A DNA stretch of 64,000 bases, taken from assembly GCA_951406725.2 (NCBI GenBank), contig OX597827.1:868001-932000 (forward strand), read 5' to 3'. Numbering within the stretch: position 1 is the stretch's first letter; every line of letters starts with the position of its first letter. The DNA is from Octopus vulgaris (taxonomy: Eukaryota). The notes under the pieces were generated by a model. It was not told where the DNA came from. It saw nothing but the letters and a program-made list of their open reading frames with translations, and did not search any database. The position numbers and the translations under genes are program-made. This document shows positions 24,960 to 38,762 of the stretch, one piece after another.

Positions 24960-25850
24960 CGGCCACTGTTTTAATGCGGAATCGGAATTGTCAACATACT
25001 TGCACTAAATGGACATCACTTGGATAATGACAACCTTCTGTGAATCTACTGTATTGTGAGAATGTCGGTCTGTCTCCCATGCAGCAATGTTCCAAATGTA
25101 ATAATCCATAAGATTTACATCTGGTGAGTTTGGAGGCCACACATTTGGTGTTATATGATCGCAAAAAAAATTGTCCATTCTTAGATTTCGTGGGTTTTGT
25201 AAGGTTATGAATCTTGTTGAAACACGTATGACTTCCCACTGCGTACTTCATGCATCCAGAACTTAACAATTGTCTTCAGTACCTCAATGTATCCAGAAGC
25301 ATTTATTATAAATCCTTGTGGAAAGGTGTGCAGTGACATGACTTACATTACTTACCACTCTTAAAATCATCGCAGCTGCCGGAAGCGTAGTGTGTATCAC
25401 TCTGGAGACATCAGAATGATCTGCGCATAACCATCAGTCATTTCCCCTGTTAGACATTTGGTCTTGGTTGAAATTTTTCTCATCAGGAAAGAACCAAAGA
25501 ATACTATATTCATGAAGTCTTTTAACACTAAGAAACCGCGTTGCACGAATCAAATGGTTTTCCTTTGTAGACATGAACAGACCCATGCTCAGTAAATACG
25601 ATTTGCATCGAAAATCTTTATGCATCAGTTCTGATAGTCCACCTAGACACCAGAAGTTCTTTGGCGATGACTCTCATTGGTTTTTCGCGATCATAATCTT
25701 TAATTTTTTTAAAATCCATTGGATGAATTGCAGTGTCCTTGTAGTGTCCGAACATTTAGAATATTTGTTGCTTTTTATTTTTTGATACAAATAAAAAACA
25801 TTTTCACGAGAGTCTTCCAATTCCATCTGAACTTTGCGTACAAAACATCT
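24960..25850 (-). pseudogene. maT/DD37D-type (Tc1/mariner superfamily) transposase remnant
   Basis: Minus-strand motifs WFFPDEKNF, YVFQQDS and WPPNSPDVNLMDYYIW, with stops and frameshifts. Confidence 0.75.
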
Positions 25851-26090
25851 TACAACATACAAAAAGACGGCAATGGCAACAATGGCTGCATATGTACACA
25901 CATACACACATACACACATACATACATACATACATACATACATACATACATACACACATGCATACATACATACACACATACATACATACACACATACATA
26001 CATACATACATACATACATACATACATACATACATACATACATACATACATACAGATATTTATATGCAGTTAAGTATATGTCCGGTCATA

Positions 26091-26150
26091 GAGTGACCAA
26101 TGGTTTCGCATTTGTAAGGTGCTCAGCCCTATGAGCGACTCCTCAGATCC
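26091..26150 (-). ncRNA. Hammerhead-like motif with branched or extended stem II
   Basis: GGAT-CTGAGGA-GTCGCTCA-tagggc-TGAGCAC...GC-GAAAC-CATTG-GTC-ACTC; core intact, GUC triplet, one stem I mismatch. Confidence 0.55.
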
Positions 26151-26504
26151 TTATAATGGAGAGCATATACCTCTTCAAACTGGAGGTAGAAATCCGTTAC
26201 GGTCAGTTTAATAAACAAAGAATAAACTTTGTGGGCCGGCGAGGGCGACTTCTGTCCCTTAGACAAGTTCAGTTGGCAGTCGATAAGTGCTAAAGTGGTG
26301 AATGGGGTACACCGGTCTTAAGTTACTTCAAGCCCGTAAGGATCATTTCCTGTTCAAATTGATGAATGGGGAATCCTATTCTTGCAGTAGGTAGCGTTTA
26401 AAAGGGGGGCAGGGGATATAAGTCTCGAGTCGGGAATTTAATCGTAAGTCTGGATACCAGGAATCTTTGAAGAGGATCCTCAAAGACTCCCGTATCCAGA
26501 CTTA

Positions 26505-27128
26505 CTATTAAATTTGGTGTTAAACTGGACAAAAACACTACTGAAGCTTATGAAATACTTCAGACTGTTTATCGATTAACGTGTATGAGCCAAGCATCTA
26601 ATTTTCGCTGGCACAAGAGGTCAAGCAAAGGCCAGTTGGAAACTCATGATGATTCGCCTTTTTCGACAGCTAGGGCATCAACTATATCCGCTAGTTTCTC
26701 TCTGGCCAGACTCTCAACAAAAAGTACTTTGTGGAGGCTTTGAAGGTGTTCAGTAATAGATTTGATCGTAAAAGGCCAGAGCACTGCACCAGGACAATGC
26801 AGCAATCCACATTTCCACAGATGGTTACATTGGTAACCAACAAGTTGACAGAAATCGACATCAAAACTTCTCTTGGACAGTCCAGACCAAGCTGCCGGTG
26901 AATTTTGGCTGTTCCTCAAGCTGAAGAAAATGAAGGAGGCTGTGAGAAGTGTCCTGAACACCTTCACATTGGCGGACTTCCATTGGGCCTCCACGAAGTA
27001 GTTGGAGCGGGAAAACAAGAACATAGAACAAAGCGGATCCTGCTTTGAAGGAAATTAGAGTTTTGTACTTCTTTGGGATCAAAGAATATCTTTCTTGAAA
27101 AAGTGTCAAAACTTCTGGAATGCACTCT
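26505..27128 (+). pseudogene. Mariner transposase remnant (deleted, degenerate)
   Basis: IKFGVKLDKNTTEAYEILQTVY..CMSQASNFRWHKR N-terminus; later LMMI.FFDS-like segment. Confidence 0.7.
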
Positions 27129-27174
27129 GCATGTGGGTGTGTATATGTATATCTGTGTGTGTGTGCCCGCGCGC

Positions 27175-27217
<43 letters not shown>

Positions 27218-27224
27218 GCGCCCT

Positions 27225-27476
27225 TTTAAAGCGCCCTTTTGAAGCCTAGCCAGGCTCATGGACCCGGTTTCCCGGTTCCAAATGGCGTAAGTCTTCCCCA
27301 GCTGGATACGACGCCAGTCCATCGCAGCGTTACTCATTTTTGCCAGCTGAGTGGACTGGAGCAACGTGAAATGAAGTGTTTCGCTCAAGAACACAATGCG
27401 TCGCCCGGTCCAGGAATCGAAACCACAATCCTACGATCATGATGCTGACACCCTACCTATTAAGCCACGCGCCTCC
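27225..27476 (-). mobile_element. tRNA-derived SINE family 2, full length
   Basis: A/B boxes; 3' end GCTAGGCTTCAAAAGGGCGC with a duplicated terminal unit. Confidence 0.85.
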
Positions 27477-27539
27477 ACACACACACACACACGTACACAC
27501 ACACATATATATATATAAAGACATACATACACACATTGA

Positions 27540-27583
<44 letters not shown>

Positions 27584-27744
27584 CACACACAAACATCTAT
27601 ATATGTACACAGACACATGCATACACACATATTAATCTTACTCTTTAAGTCGAGTTATATTAAAAATAGTTTTACCTGAAACTGAAAGATTACTCGATAC
27701 TTCTTTCAGGGAAACATTTAATCATTTTTAACAAGAATAGTGTT

Positions 27745-27787
27745 GACAGTAACTTCGGAGTTTCGGCCTGTTTAGCCATCATCGGAT

Positions 27788-27790
<3 letters not shown>
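27745..27790 (-). ncRNA. Degenerate hammerhead-like motif
   Basis: CCGATGA-TGGCT-aaac-AGGCC-GAAAC-TCCGAA-GTT; stem I not paired, abuts (TA)n. Confidence 0.35.
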
Positions 27791-27846
<56 letters not shown>

Positions 27847-28631
27847 CGTGTGTGTATGTGTGTGCGCGCGTGCGTAAGTGTATGTAATTGTTCGTTAATC
27901 ATGCAATAAACCGGGACAATTAAGGCAATTTTTTTTTGATTGATTGTAGAATGTAGCGTTCATAGCTCTCTCTCTCAAAGGGAAGTAACCATGGAGACTG
28001 TGTACAAATACTTTTTACATCACCAATAGCCAGAAAATTGATAGAAGCAGTAGCAGCAGTAGGAGCAGTAGGAGCAGTAGCAGCAGTCAAAACAACAACT
28101 ATAAAAATAATAAAGTAAAAATATAGATTTGCTTTTTTTTTTTTTAGCCTGTAAAGGAAAGCTAGAAAACAAATATTGGAGAATATCTGGCCTGGCTTTC
28201 GACCAGGTTGCCAACATTCTGCCTCGCTCTGTGTTATAAAAGTATAATTAATAGCAAGAATAACAACAACATTTGCAATCGTTACAATGGTCATTGTCGT
28301 GGTTGTGGTCGTCGTGGTCATCGTGGTGGTAGTGGAGGTGGTGGTCGTCGGCCTCCTCCTCCTCCTACTCCTCCTCATCATCGTCGCCATCAACACTAAC
28401 AGCCACCGACAACAATAACCGTTCAAATTACAATTTATCTTTCTTTACCTGTGTTTGTCTGTCTGTCTGTCTCTCTCTCCCTCTCCCTATCTCTTTCTGC
28501 TTCTCTGTCTCTCTGTCTCTCACTCTCTTCTCCCAGTCTCTCTGTCACTTTCTCTCTCTCTTCTCTCTATCTCTCTCTCTATCTATCTATCTCTATATCT
28601 ATATCTATCTATCTATCTATCTATCTATCCA

Positions 28632-28680
<49 letters not shown>

Positions 28681-29050
28681 CTATCCACATAATATATACA
28701 TACCCTCTCACACACATGTATTTTATGGAACTGTTCCATGTAAATGCCAGCCCAGTTCCCTGTCTGTCGACCCTCCAAAATAACAATCTAATATTCCAGA
28801 TTATTTATTTTATATTATTATTATTAATTTTCCTGTAATATTTAAAAAGAAAAATACTGATAAATAAATTATTGTAAAATAACTCACAATACGAACAGTA
28901 ATAATGGAAATACAAATAATAGTCCCTTCTTCTTCTTCTTCTTCTTCTTCTTCTTCTTCTTCTTCTTCTTCTTCTTCTTCTTCTTCTTCTTCTTCTTCTT
29001 CTTCTTTCCTCCTCCTCCTAGTAATGATGATGATGATGATGATGATGATG

Positions 29051-29101
<51 letters not shown>

Positions 29102-29110
29102 GTAATAATA

Positions 29111-29285
29111 ATCCTTTCTACTGAAGCACAAAGCCTCAAATTTGGGGGAAGGGATTACATCGATTACATCAACCCCAGTGCGTAACTGGTACTTATCTAA
29201 TCGACCCGAAAGAAATATTGGCGAAGTCAACCTCGGCGGAAGTTGGATTCAGAACGTAGCGACGAGCTTAATGTCGTTAAGCGAT
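29111..29285 (-). mobile_element. SINE family 1 in a (TAA)n tract
   Basis: CCCCAGTGCGTAACTGGTACTTAT...GTCAACCTCGGCGGAA. Confidence 0.75.
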
Positions 29286-29351
29286 GGGCTACTCGACCAG
29301 AAGAAAATTCTAACTGGGCCCCCACCTGCAAGATCATGCGCTGTTGATTTT

Positions 29352-29560
29352 AATACTTTCTATGTAATCTGAAGTTTTAAAACAAACATAATTTTCGTAT
29401 GTTTTTTTTTAGACATTCACTAGTACAACACTAAATACAAAACCAAATATATGGCACACTAGGCATAACAACAACATGAACTTCCAACCTGTTGTCTCTT
29501 GAGGTCTCTGGGTGAGACTTGGAGCCAACTTGTACAAATGTAAAGCAAAAGTCAAACATA

Positions 29561-29561
<1 letters not shown>
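29352..29561 (+). mobile_element. R4/Dong-like family B 3' end (last codons plus 3' UTR)
   Basis: Begins ATACTTTCTATGTAA (ILSM*); 3' UTR closely matches the reverse complement of 62869-63070; ends in (TAA)n. Confidence 0.85.
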
Positions 29562-29598
<37 letters not shown>

Positions 29599-29601
29599 GT
29601 A

Positions 29602-29680
<79 letters not shown>

Positions 29681-29681
<1 letters not shown>

Positions 29682-31152
29682 GAATTAGACCAAAGCCAAA
29701 CTTACAAATACTTAGGAATCCATGAACTAGATAAGACACAACACACACAAATGAAAGAGAAAATAAAAAAAGAATATTATAGACGAGTTAGATCAATACT
29801 AAAAACAGAGCTCAATGCTAAAAACAAGATAATAGGTATCAACACTTTAGCTGTCCCAGTTATAAGTTACAGCTACAATATCCTTAACTGGACACGAAAT
29901 GAGCTGACCAAAATAGATAGGAAAACAAGAAAAGTAATGACAGGATCTAGGATGCATCACCCAAAATCTGACATAGAAAGACTATATATACAACATATAG
30001 AAGGTGGTAGAGGCCTTATACAGCTGGAAAACTACTATAAAATAACCACCATAGGACTGCAAAAATATCTACTTCAGAAGGAAGGAAAACTGATACAAAT
30101 AGCGGCAAAACACGAGCAAAACAAAAAAACTATTCTCAGTATTTAAGGAAGCTGACAAATACAAACAAGAAATCATACCACCTAATAAACATGAAGAAGA
30201 AGAAGAAGAAGAAGATGAAGAAACAACAAAAGCTATAAAACAAATGAAATCCAAACTAAAAATAGAACAGCAACGAACCATGATAAAACGATGGCAAGAA
30301 AAGCCCCTTCATGGTAAATACTGGACTAAACTAAACGCAAAAGAAATAGACAAAGAAAAATCCCAGCAATGGCTGAGAAGCTCAGGACTCAAAGCAGAAA
30401 CAGAGGGATTTTTAATTGCAGCACAAGATCAAAGCCTCCCCACCAGAAATTACCAAAAACATGTAATGAAAAGAAATATTACAAGTAACTGCAGAATATG
30501 TGGAGATGGACAAGAAACAATAAATCATATTATCTCTAGCTGCCCAGTCCTGGCTAAGAAGGAATATATTCACAGACATGACAGAGTTGGAACCTACATA
30601 CATTGGAAGCTATGCCAACATTATGGAATAACAACAGAAAAAAGATGGTATAGGCACACACCAGAAAAGGTCACAGAAAACGAGAAAGCAACCATACTCT
30701 GGGATATGCCGATACACATAGATAGAGAAATTAAGGCCAACAGACCAGATATATTTGTCAGAGATCATGAAGAAAAAAATGCTTTCTAATTGATGTATCA
30801 ATACCGGCAGATGACAACGTGTCTTTAAAAGAAATGGAGAAACTTTCAAAATACAAAGACCTGGAAATAGAGGTAACTAGAATGTGGAATCTGAAAACAG
30901 AAACAATTCCTATCATAGTAGGTGCATTAGGCATGATAAAAAAATATTCAGACAAATACATAACAAAAACACCAGGACTTACAAACACATATAACATACA
31001 GAAAATTGCACTACTAGGCACTGCACACATCCTACGCAGAACACTTTCCATACAATAACCATCAGAGCATCACAACAAATCACAGCACATACCCAAGGCA
31101 CACAGAGCTGCGCTCGGTAGTGAAGTGAAAGCACGCTATAAAAATAAAACTA

Positions 31153-31155
<3 letters not shown>
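29681..31155 (+). mobile_element. 5'-truncated R4/Dong-clade non-LTR retrotransposon (family A) in (TAA)n
   Basis: YKYLG RT motif, GGRGL, CCHC finger CRICG...ETINHIISSC, RLE motifs RHD, RPD, K..KY.DL; two frameshifts in poly-A runs (ORFs 29751, 30244, 30819); (TAA)n on both sides. Confidence 0.92.
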
Positions 31156-31191
<36 letters not shown>

Positions 31192-31200
31192 CAACATATA

Positions 31201-31257
<57 letters not shown>

Positions 31258-31825
31258 TCAATTCAAACAAACTGGCACTGAAAGTGGTTGAATATTTCTG
31301 TCTGTCTCTGTCTCTCTCTCTCTCTCTCACACACACATACACACACGCACATGCACACGCACATATGTGTGCACATATATATACGTGTCTGTGTGTGTAT
31401 GTATTTATAATGGATGTATTTGTCCATCCATCCATCCATCCATCCATCCATCCATCCTGTTTTCCATGGCGCACAACTGATCGAATTCATAATACCCCAT
31501 TTTGAACGGGATGCCGGTTACTTGCAGGTATCAAGGCCAGCAACTTTAATGGCAAGGGACAAATCAACCGCAAAGAATGAAAGGCAATTCGACGACAGGT
31601 GGAATCTAAAGATCCGGGAAAAAAGTACACCAAAGCATTTTGTCCAATGTGCTAAAAGTTCTACCAGATCCCTACCTTATATGCGTATATACTTCTACGT
31701 GTATAAGTATATGTATATGTGTATGTGTGTATGCTTATGCCGTCTAAGTATGTGTCTGGCTGTGTGTGCCTATGACAAGGTCCAGCGTTCCCGCTAGACG
31801 TTGCTTGGTCGATTTTCATCAATTT

Positions 31826-31897
<72 letters not shown>

Positions 31898-31979
31898 TGT
31901 GTTTTTAAACACAGCACGTCCATAAAAGATATAGACAAATTCCGTTGTAAATTTGCCTATTTATGCTTATTTTATTTGA

Positions 31980-32011
<32 letters not shown>

Positions 32012-33222
32012 CGTGCGTTTATCTCGTCCAAGTATGTGGCTGGTAGTGAGTAGGCACCAATGACAATGTCCAACATAGTCGCTAGCTGTTGTTTGGTAAA
32101 TTTTTTTTCCCTCCGATTTATAAATTGTATTTTTAAACACAACACGTCCATATAAGATATTATCCCTGGACAAATATTTTGCCTACAAAATATACTACTT
32201 ACATAGCTATTTATGCTTATGTTTATAGATATGTATGTGTATGCCTGCATATGCGACGGGGTTCTACCGGGTTTCCGTCTACTGAATATTATCCAACATT
32301 TATTGTATAAGCAGAGGTTATTGTTGACGCTACTTACAACGGAACCGAACCCGAAAACAGGTGGTTGCGAAGCATACTTCTTAACTACAGTCATGTCTAC
32401 CCCTCTTTTCTTTCTTTGCTTGTATTCATGTATGTGATCATATATGTGTGCGTATATATGTATGTATGTGTGTATGTATGTACGTATGTATATATACATG
32501 TATCTTTGTATGTGTGTATGTATGTGTATATGTATATATGTATATATTTGTGCGTGTGTATATGTGTATATATATGAATGTATATATGTATGCATAAATA
32601 CATAGATACATGCATATACACACATAGGCACACACACACTCACATACACAAACACACACATACACCCCCCCATATATATATATATATATGAGTGCTTGTA
32701 CTTACATATAATACACATGTGCAAAAACATATGTGTGTATATATATATACACACACACACACGCTAACAATTTGCATGTGTGTGTATACATATGCGTATG
32801 TATGTGCGTTGTGCGTGTGTGGGAATGTATGCGTTTTAGAAAACATTCCAAACAAAACAAAAACAGAAACGATAAGAAAGAAAGAAAGAAAGAAAGAAGG
32901 GAAAGCAGAAAGACAGAATTGCAAAGAAAAAAAAACTTCTTTGGCCTTTCTTTTCGACTTGGAGCCAGTTGCCAAAAATGTGCCCATCACTCAACAAAAT
33001 GGTCATGTTTGTATAGCCTAATCCCAAACTACTCAGTCTTGCATGCCAAATTCTTCCTCATTGACTCCCACCCCACCCACCCCATTCTCTCCCTCTCTCC
33101 TCATTTTTCACTGCTAACATGCCACCATAATTCTTTCTCTTGCATTAGGAATGTTTTGAAAGCAGGAAATGATAATAAAATATTAATAGATTAAAATAGT
33201 AATACACACACACACACACACA

Positions 33223-33254
<32 letters not shown>

Positions 33255-33392
33255 TACACATAAGTTTATGCATGTGCATATATATATATATACACGTTCC
33301 ATATGTATATGTATGTATGTATGTATGTATGTGTATATATATACATGTATACATAAATATATATATATATATATAATATATATACACACACA

Positions 33393-33435
<43 letters not shown>

Positions 33436-33467
33436 CTTGACACACACTTAAACATACGAGAGCCTCC

Positions 33468-33605
33468 ACATTCACTCACAAGACACAAGGCATCAGTCGG
33501 CCTGGGGTTATAATAGAAGATACCTGTCCAAGGTGCCGCGCTGTAGGACTGAAACTCAAACCATGTAGTTGCAATTAAAGCTTCTTAATCACAACAATGC
33601 CGGCA
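33468..33605 (-). mobile_element. CORE-type SINE family 3, 5' half
   Basis: Reverse complement of GCGCGGCACCTTGGACAGGT...CTTGTGAGTGAAT. Confidence 0.65.
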
Positions 33606-34239
33606 GCTACAGCTATTCTTACAACTATAAGCCATGCCTGGTCACCCATATAATCAAACACATATACCTAAATACAATCACACACACACACACACAAAAT
33701 AAACTTCAAGTGTTTCGATATCCTTAATTACCAAAATCTGCCAGACAAAGATAACTGAAAGTATGTACCTAAATATGAAGACACGGGGTACGTGAGCACA
33801 TGCATGCATATATGTAAAAGGTACATAGACTATTTGATTGCATTAAAGACGCACGGGCATTTTAGGTGCATCGCAATTTCAACAGCGTATATTTAATTTT
33901 AAAAAAATGCTTTTAGTACATTAAAGGTTTTGGGAGGTCAATCATCATATATAGGAGCGGAGCCGGGGGTGGGGGATGAATTTATTTTGAGCTTTGTTTT
34001 TTTGAAAAGTTAATCAGCAACAAGAACACGCAGAGTAAACATTCAAATATCGTTGCTATCTTTTCAGATCCTGCTACATTTCACAGGGAAGTTTTGATCC
34101 TCCAAAGTCATCTCGATGTATAAGTCAACCTAACTTTTAATGAGAGTAAATTTTGGCATGAAAGATTCGATTTGTACACCTGAAAATACGGTACATACAC
34201 AGATACATACATACATACATGCATACAAAAATACGAACG

Positions 34240-34283
<44 letters not shown>

Positions 34284-34767
34284 CATATACATACATATAT
34301 ACATAAATACATATATACACACTCATATAAATATATATATGCATAAATGCATATATATGTTGAGGGTGATGACTCACAGGAATCCTAGTGGAACCTGAAA
34401 ATAAAAAACTGCCGCCAAATTAAAACACAACGAACCAAAGTATAATTAAACTTGATTTGTGAAGGAAGAACGTAGCTTCTTAATTCGTAAGCTACAAATG
34501 GTTGCAATATCTGAGAACTTCAAAATCTGTTAAATGTTCTTACGATTCAGAGAGGGATTAACACTTATAAAAAAAGACGATGACCATTTCCTTTCCTTTA
34601 CAACATTGTAACCGGGAAGGGGGACGGTCAAAATGTATAAAGTAAATATTAAAAACAAGCAGAAGGAAAACTGGACCAATTCATTGAGAAGATAGCACAT
34701 GGGTACTTGACACAACCTTGCTACCATGTAGGTGTCAGGTCAAAATTTACTCTAAAATTAAAGAAAG

Positions 34768-34798
<31 letters not shown>

Positions 34799-35218
34799 CG
34801 GAAAGAATTAGTCAGAAATCAAATGTAGCGACATTTACGAGCTTACACTAATATGCGTAAGCACTCATAATTGTTTGCATATGAGGACAACATACGTGTA
34901 TAGGTGCACTCAGATAGGTACGTATACAGCATGTACATAGACATATGTAAATACATATATATGTGTGTATATATAGATACACACACACATACACACACAT
35001 TTATATATACGTGCATGTGTGTGTAAGTGTTTGTGTGTGTGTATGTGTTTGTGTGTGTGTATCTACGTAGAAGGTTTCACGTATTTGCATACGTGAAACC
35101 TACTTCTTTGGCGATAGAAAAGCTGATAAACAGACGTGACTACATTACCTGACAGATCCCTGAGAAACAATTAACCGATCTATTTATATAAGCATCAAAT
35201 CTAGTACCTCGAGCTATA

Positions 35219-35249
<31 letters not shown>

Positions 35250-35252
<3 letters not shown>

Positions 35253-35564
35253 TATTTAATAGACACAACACATGTTTTTATGTAATACTAAGAGCTTCTT
35301 AGGCCGAGAACATGCCAAGTAATGAATTATAATATGTAAAACATCCCAACACAGTGATCAAACACAAACCACATAAGGTAACGAACACACACACACACAC
35401 ACACACACGTTGTACTGTTCCATGATGTACTCAAACTTTAGGTCGTTATGCTATGTGGTTTGTGTCTGATGACTGTGCTGGGATGTTACACAGGAACTTC
35501 ATTATTTTGCATGTTCTCAGCATAAGAAGATATTTGCAGGAGAGATAGTGGCTATTAAATAATA
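35250..35564. repeat. Diverged foldback element with about 130-bp arms
   Basis: TATTATTTAATAG...GAGAACATGC...CATCCCAACACAG...CACAAACCACATA versus TATGTGGTTTGTG...CTGTGCTGGGATG...GCATGTTCTC...CTATTAAATAATA. Confidence 0.7.
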
Positions 35565-35673
35565 TATATATATATACCAATTAAGGACTGAACACGAAAA
35601 AGTGGACAGTCAACATGCTAGATATAGACGTCAAATCGCCATTCTCCACAAAGATTTTGTTCTCAAATAAAAT

Positions 35674-35711
<38 letters not shown>

Positions 35712-35771
35712 TAAATATAAATGTGTGTGTGTATGTATATGCATATATATATATGTGTATATATATGTATA

Positions 35772-35811
<40 letters not shown>

Positions 35812-36076
35812 CATATATGTGCGTGTATGTATGTATTTATGTCTATGTATGCATGCATGCATGTATGTATGTATGTATGTATATATATATATGTGTGTTT
35901 GGATGTATGTATGTATGGATGTATGCATGCATGCATGCATGCATGTATGTATGTATGTATGTATGTATGTATGTATGTATCTGAGCGTCAATAATACTTT
36001 AATTGTTCCACGTCCTCGCGTTGCTGTGTTTTTTCTCCTTTTTTTTCTCTTTTTTTCTGTGTTTTCTTGTTTGGAT

Positions 36077-36133
<57 letters not shown>

Positions 36134-36146
36134 GTACATACTTATG

Positions 36147-37201
36147 TATGCTACAGAGGAGACATTTAGCATGCTTCGGCAAGCTTACGGCGACGAGGCA
36201 ATGGGTCGTACCCAATGTTTCGAGTAGCACAGGCGCTTCGAAAGCGGAAGAACGTTCCTGGAAGACGATGAGTGAACTGGAAATCCTGCTACGAGCGTCC
36301 TCTCCTGAAATGTAGAGAAAATTCATCAACTTGTGAATGTGGATCGCTGGAGGAGAACCAACGACATTACTGATGTTGATATATCGTATGGGTTCGTGCA
36401 GGCAATTCTAACAAATTCTCAATTGAACATATTGCATGTCTCTGCTAAGTTTGCCCCGCGCCTGCTAACCACTGAGCAGAAAGATCATCGCGTCGATATC
36501 TGTCAAGATCTCCGTCACTGTGCCGCTGATGACCCATCCTTCATGTCGAGGATCGTCACCGGTACGAGAGTTGGGTCTACGGGAACGATCCTAAGACGAA
36601 GCAGCAGTCGTCACAATGGAAGCGCTCTTCATCTCCACGACCGAAGAAGGCACGACAGAACAGCAACTCAATCAAGAGCATACTCATCGCTTTCTTCGAA
36701 ATCTACGGTATTGTGCATCGAGAGTTCGTACCTTAGGGCCCGACCGTCAATTGAAAGTTCTGCGATGTTTTGAAGCGTTCGAGGGAGGACATTCGGTGAA
36801 AGTGTCCGGATCTTTGGAGCGCGAAGAATTCAATTCTTCACGACGACATTGCACTCTGTCACCGCGCTCCCCTCACTCGTGAGCTCCTCGCCAAAAACAA
36901 CATGGTATCGCTTCTACACGCGCCTTATTCGTCAGATTTAGTACCTGCAGACTTCCATCACATCCCCAAGTTGCAAATACAGCTCAAAGGTCGCCGTTTT
37001 AACACTGTTGTCGAGATCCAGAGCAAATCACGGAAGGTCCCCGGTTCGCTTACGGAAAACGACTTATAGGACGGATTCGAAAAATAGTAGGAACTCTGGG
37101 ACCGGTGTATTACTGCGTAAGGTGACTATTTCCAAGGAGATGATGCCAAAACTCAGATAAATAATTTATTTTTTTGATAAACACAACTAGTCCGGGGACT
37201 T

Positions 37202-37203
<2 letters not shown>
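36147..37203 (+). pseudogene. Mariner transposase pseudogene, nearly full length
   Basis: ETFSMLRQAYGDEAMGRTQCFE, KFAPRLLTTEQK, FMSRIVTG, PYSSDLVPADF, LKGRRF; multiple stops and frameshifts. Confidence 0.88.
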
Positions 37204-37254
<51 letters not shown>

Positions 37255-38157
37255 GAAATATTAAAATTACTAAGTCTCTCTAAAGGAGATTACGGCAGCG
37301 TTACTGGAAATTAATAGTTATCGCCATACTAATATGGCAATCTTATAAATATAAGACTAAAGCTGTCGCTGATTAGCTCCAAGAGGCCACCGCCTCAAGC
37401 TAGCTATTTGACACACAATCTGCGTCCATTATAAACTTTCGAACAGACATCCTGAAAAGTTTGTATTGGAGCTTCCGGTGCGAATGCAAGGCAGCACAGC
37501 ATGTCATTTCCAAATTTCTGGCAAAGTGAATTGCGTCATGGTGCTGTTTTTCTTACAGACGGTGCCCAACTAACCCTACTATACTGTGTAGTCGACAAAA
37601 TCAAAACAAACAATGTGTATGCGTGAAATTAAAAATATAAAATGGCGTCAATTTACCCATCGCACCCTGTATATATATGTAGATACCCATATATGCATAT
37701 AAATACATAAATATACACATGCATACATACATACAAACTTACATATATGCTTGTGTGTGTTCATATATATGTACGCAATGTTAGTATACATAATAAGTAT
37801 TTTGACCCCTCCCTCGCTGTCCTTTAAGAAGCTACAACGATTCTTCTGGATATTGGCCAACTATAATCTTCAATGGAAAATTCTTTCTTCGCAAACAATA
37901 TTGACACTTAGTCAATCAATGCTGATTGCTTCCAAAATTTCGTCTCTCTTTCTCTCTCTCTTATTCTTTGTTTGCTTCTTTCTTTCCTTCTTTCTTTCTT
38001 TCTTTCTCTCTCTCTCTCTGTTTCTCTCTCTCTCTCTCTGTTTCTCTCTCTCTCTCTTGCTCTTGCTCTTTGTCTACCTCCTCACATTTTTACTGTCTTT
38101 CCTTCCGTGTTTACTTAACATTTCAAAAACAACAATACACACGCAGTCGTAAGCATT

Positions 38158-38197
<40 letters not shown>

Positions 38198-38361
38198 TGC
38201 ATGGACACATACATACACGGACACACATACACAGGTCTATAATTTAACTGTAACGTTCCATAAGGTGGCTTGGAGGTTGAACGTTTCTTCCATTGCACTT
38301 ATTAAACTTTCGCTTTTGAACCATTTTTGTGATTTTAGAGCCGAATAATAATATATTCGGT

Positions 38362-38545
38362 CCTTTATTCTTTTATTCTTTCACTTGAACAAATCAACCC
38401 CAGAACTTATTCTTTGTAAACTTAGAACTTATTCTATCGGTTTCTTTTACCGAACCGCTAAGTTACGGGGACGTAAACACATCAAAATCGGTTTTCAAGC
38501 TATGGTGGAAGGGACAAACACAGACACACGAACATATACATACAT

Positions 38546-38581
<36 letters not shown>

Positions 38582-38742
38582 GACAGGTTTCTTTCAGTTT
38601 CCGTCTACCAAATCACTCACAAGGCTCTGGTCAGCCCGAGGCTATAGCAGAAGACACTTGCCCATAGAGCCACGCAGTGGTACTGAACCCGGAACCATGT
38701 GGTTGGGAAGCAAGCTTCTTACCACACAGTCACGCCTGCGCC
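38362..38742 (-). mobile_element. CORE-type SINE family 3, full length
   Basis: Minus strand GGCGCAGGCGTGACTGTGTGGTAAGAAGCTTGCTTCCCAACCACATGGTTCCGGGTTCAG; similar to 42419-42797. Confidence 0.85.
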
Positions 38743-38762
38743 TATGTCTATATATATATATA

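Noticed and set aside
26305-26340. CCGGTCTTAAG resembling a twister ribozyme core
   Set aside because: Could not find the required pseudoknot partners or P1/P2 stems
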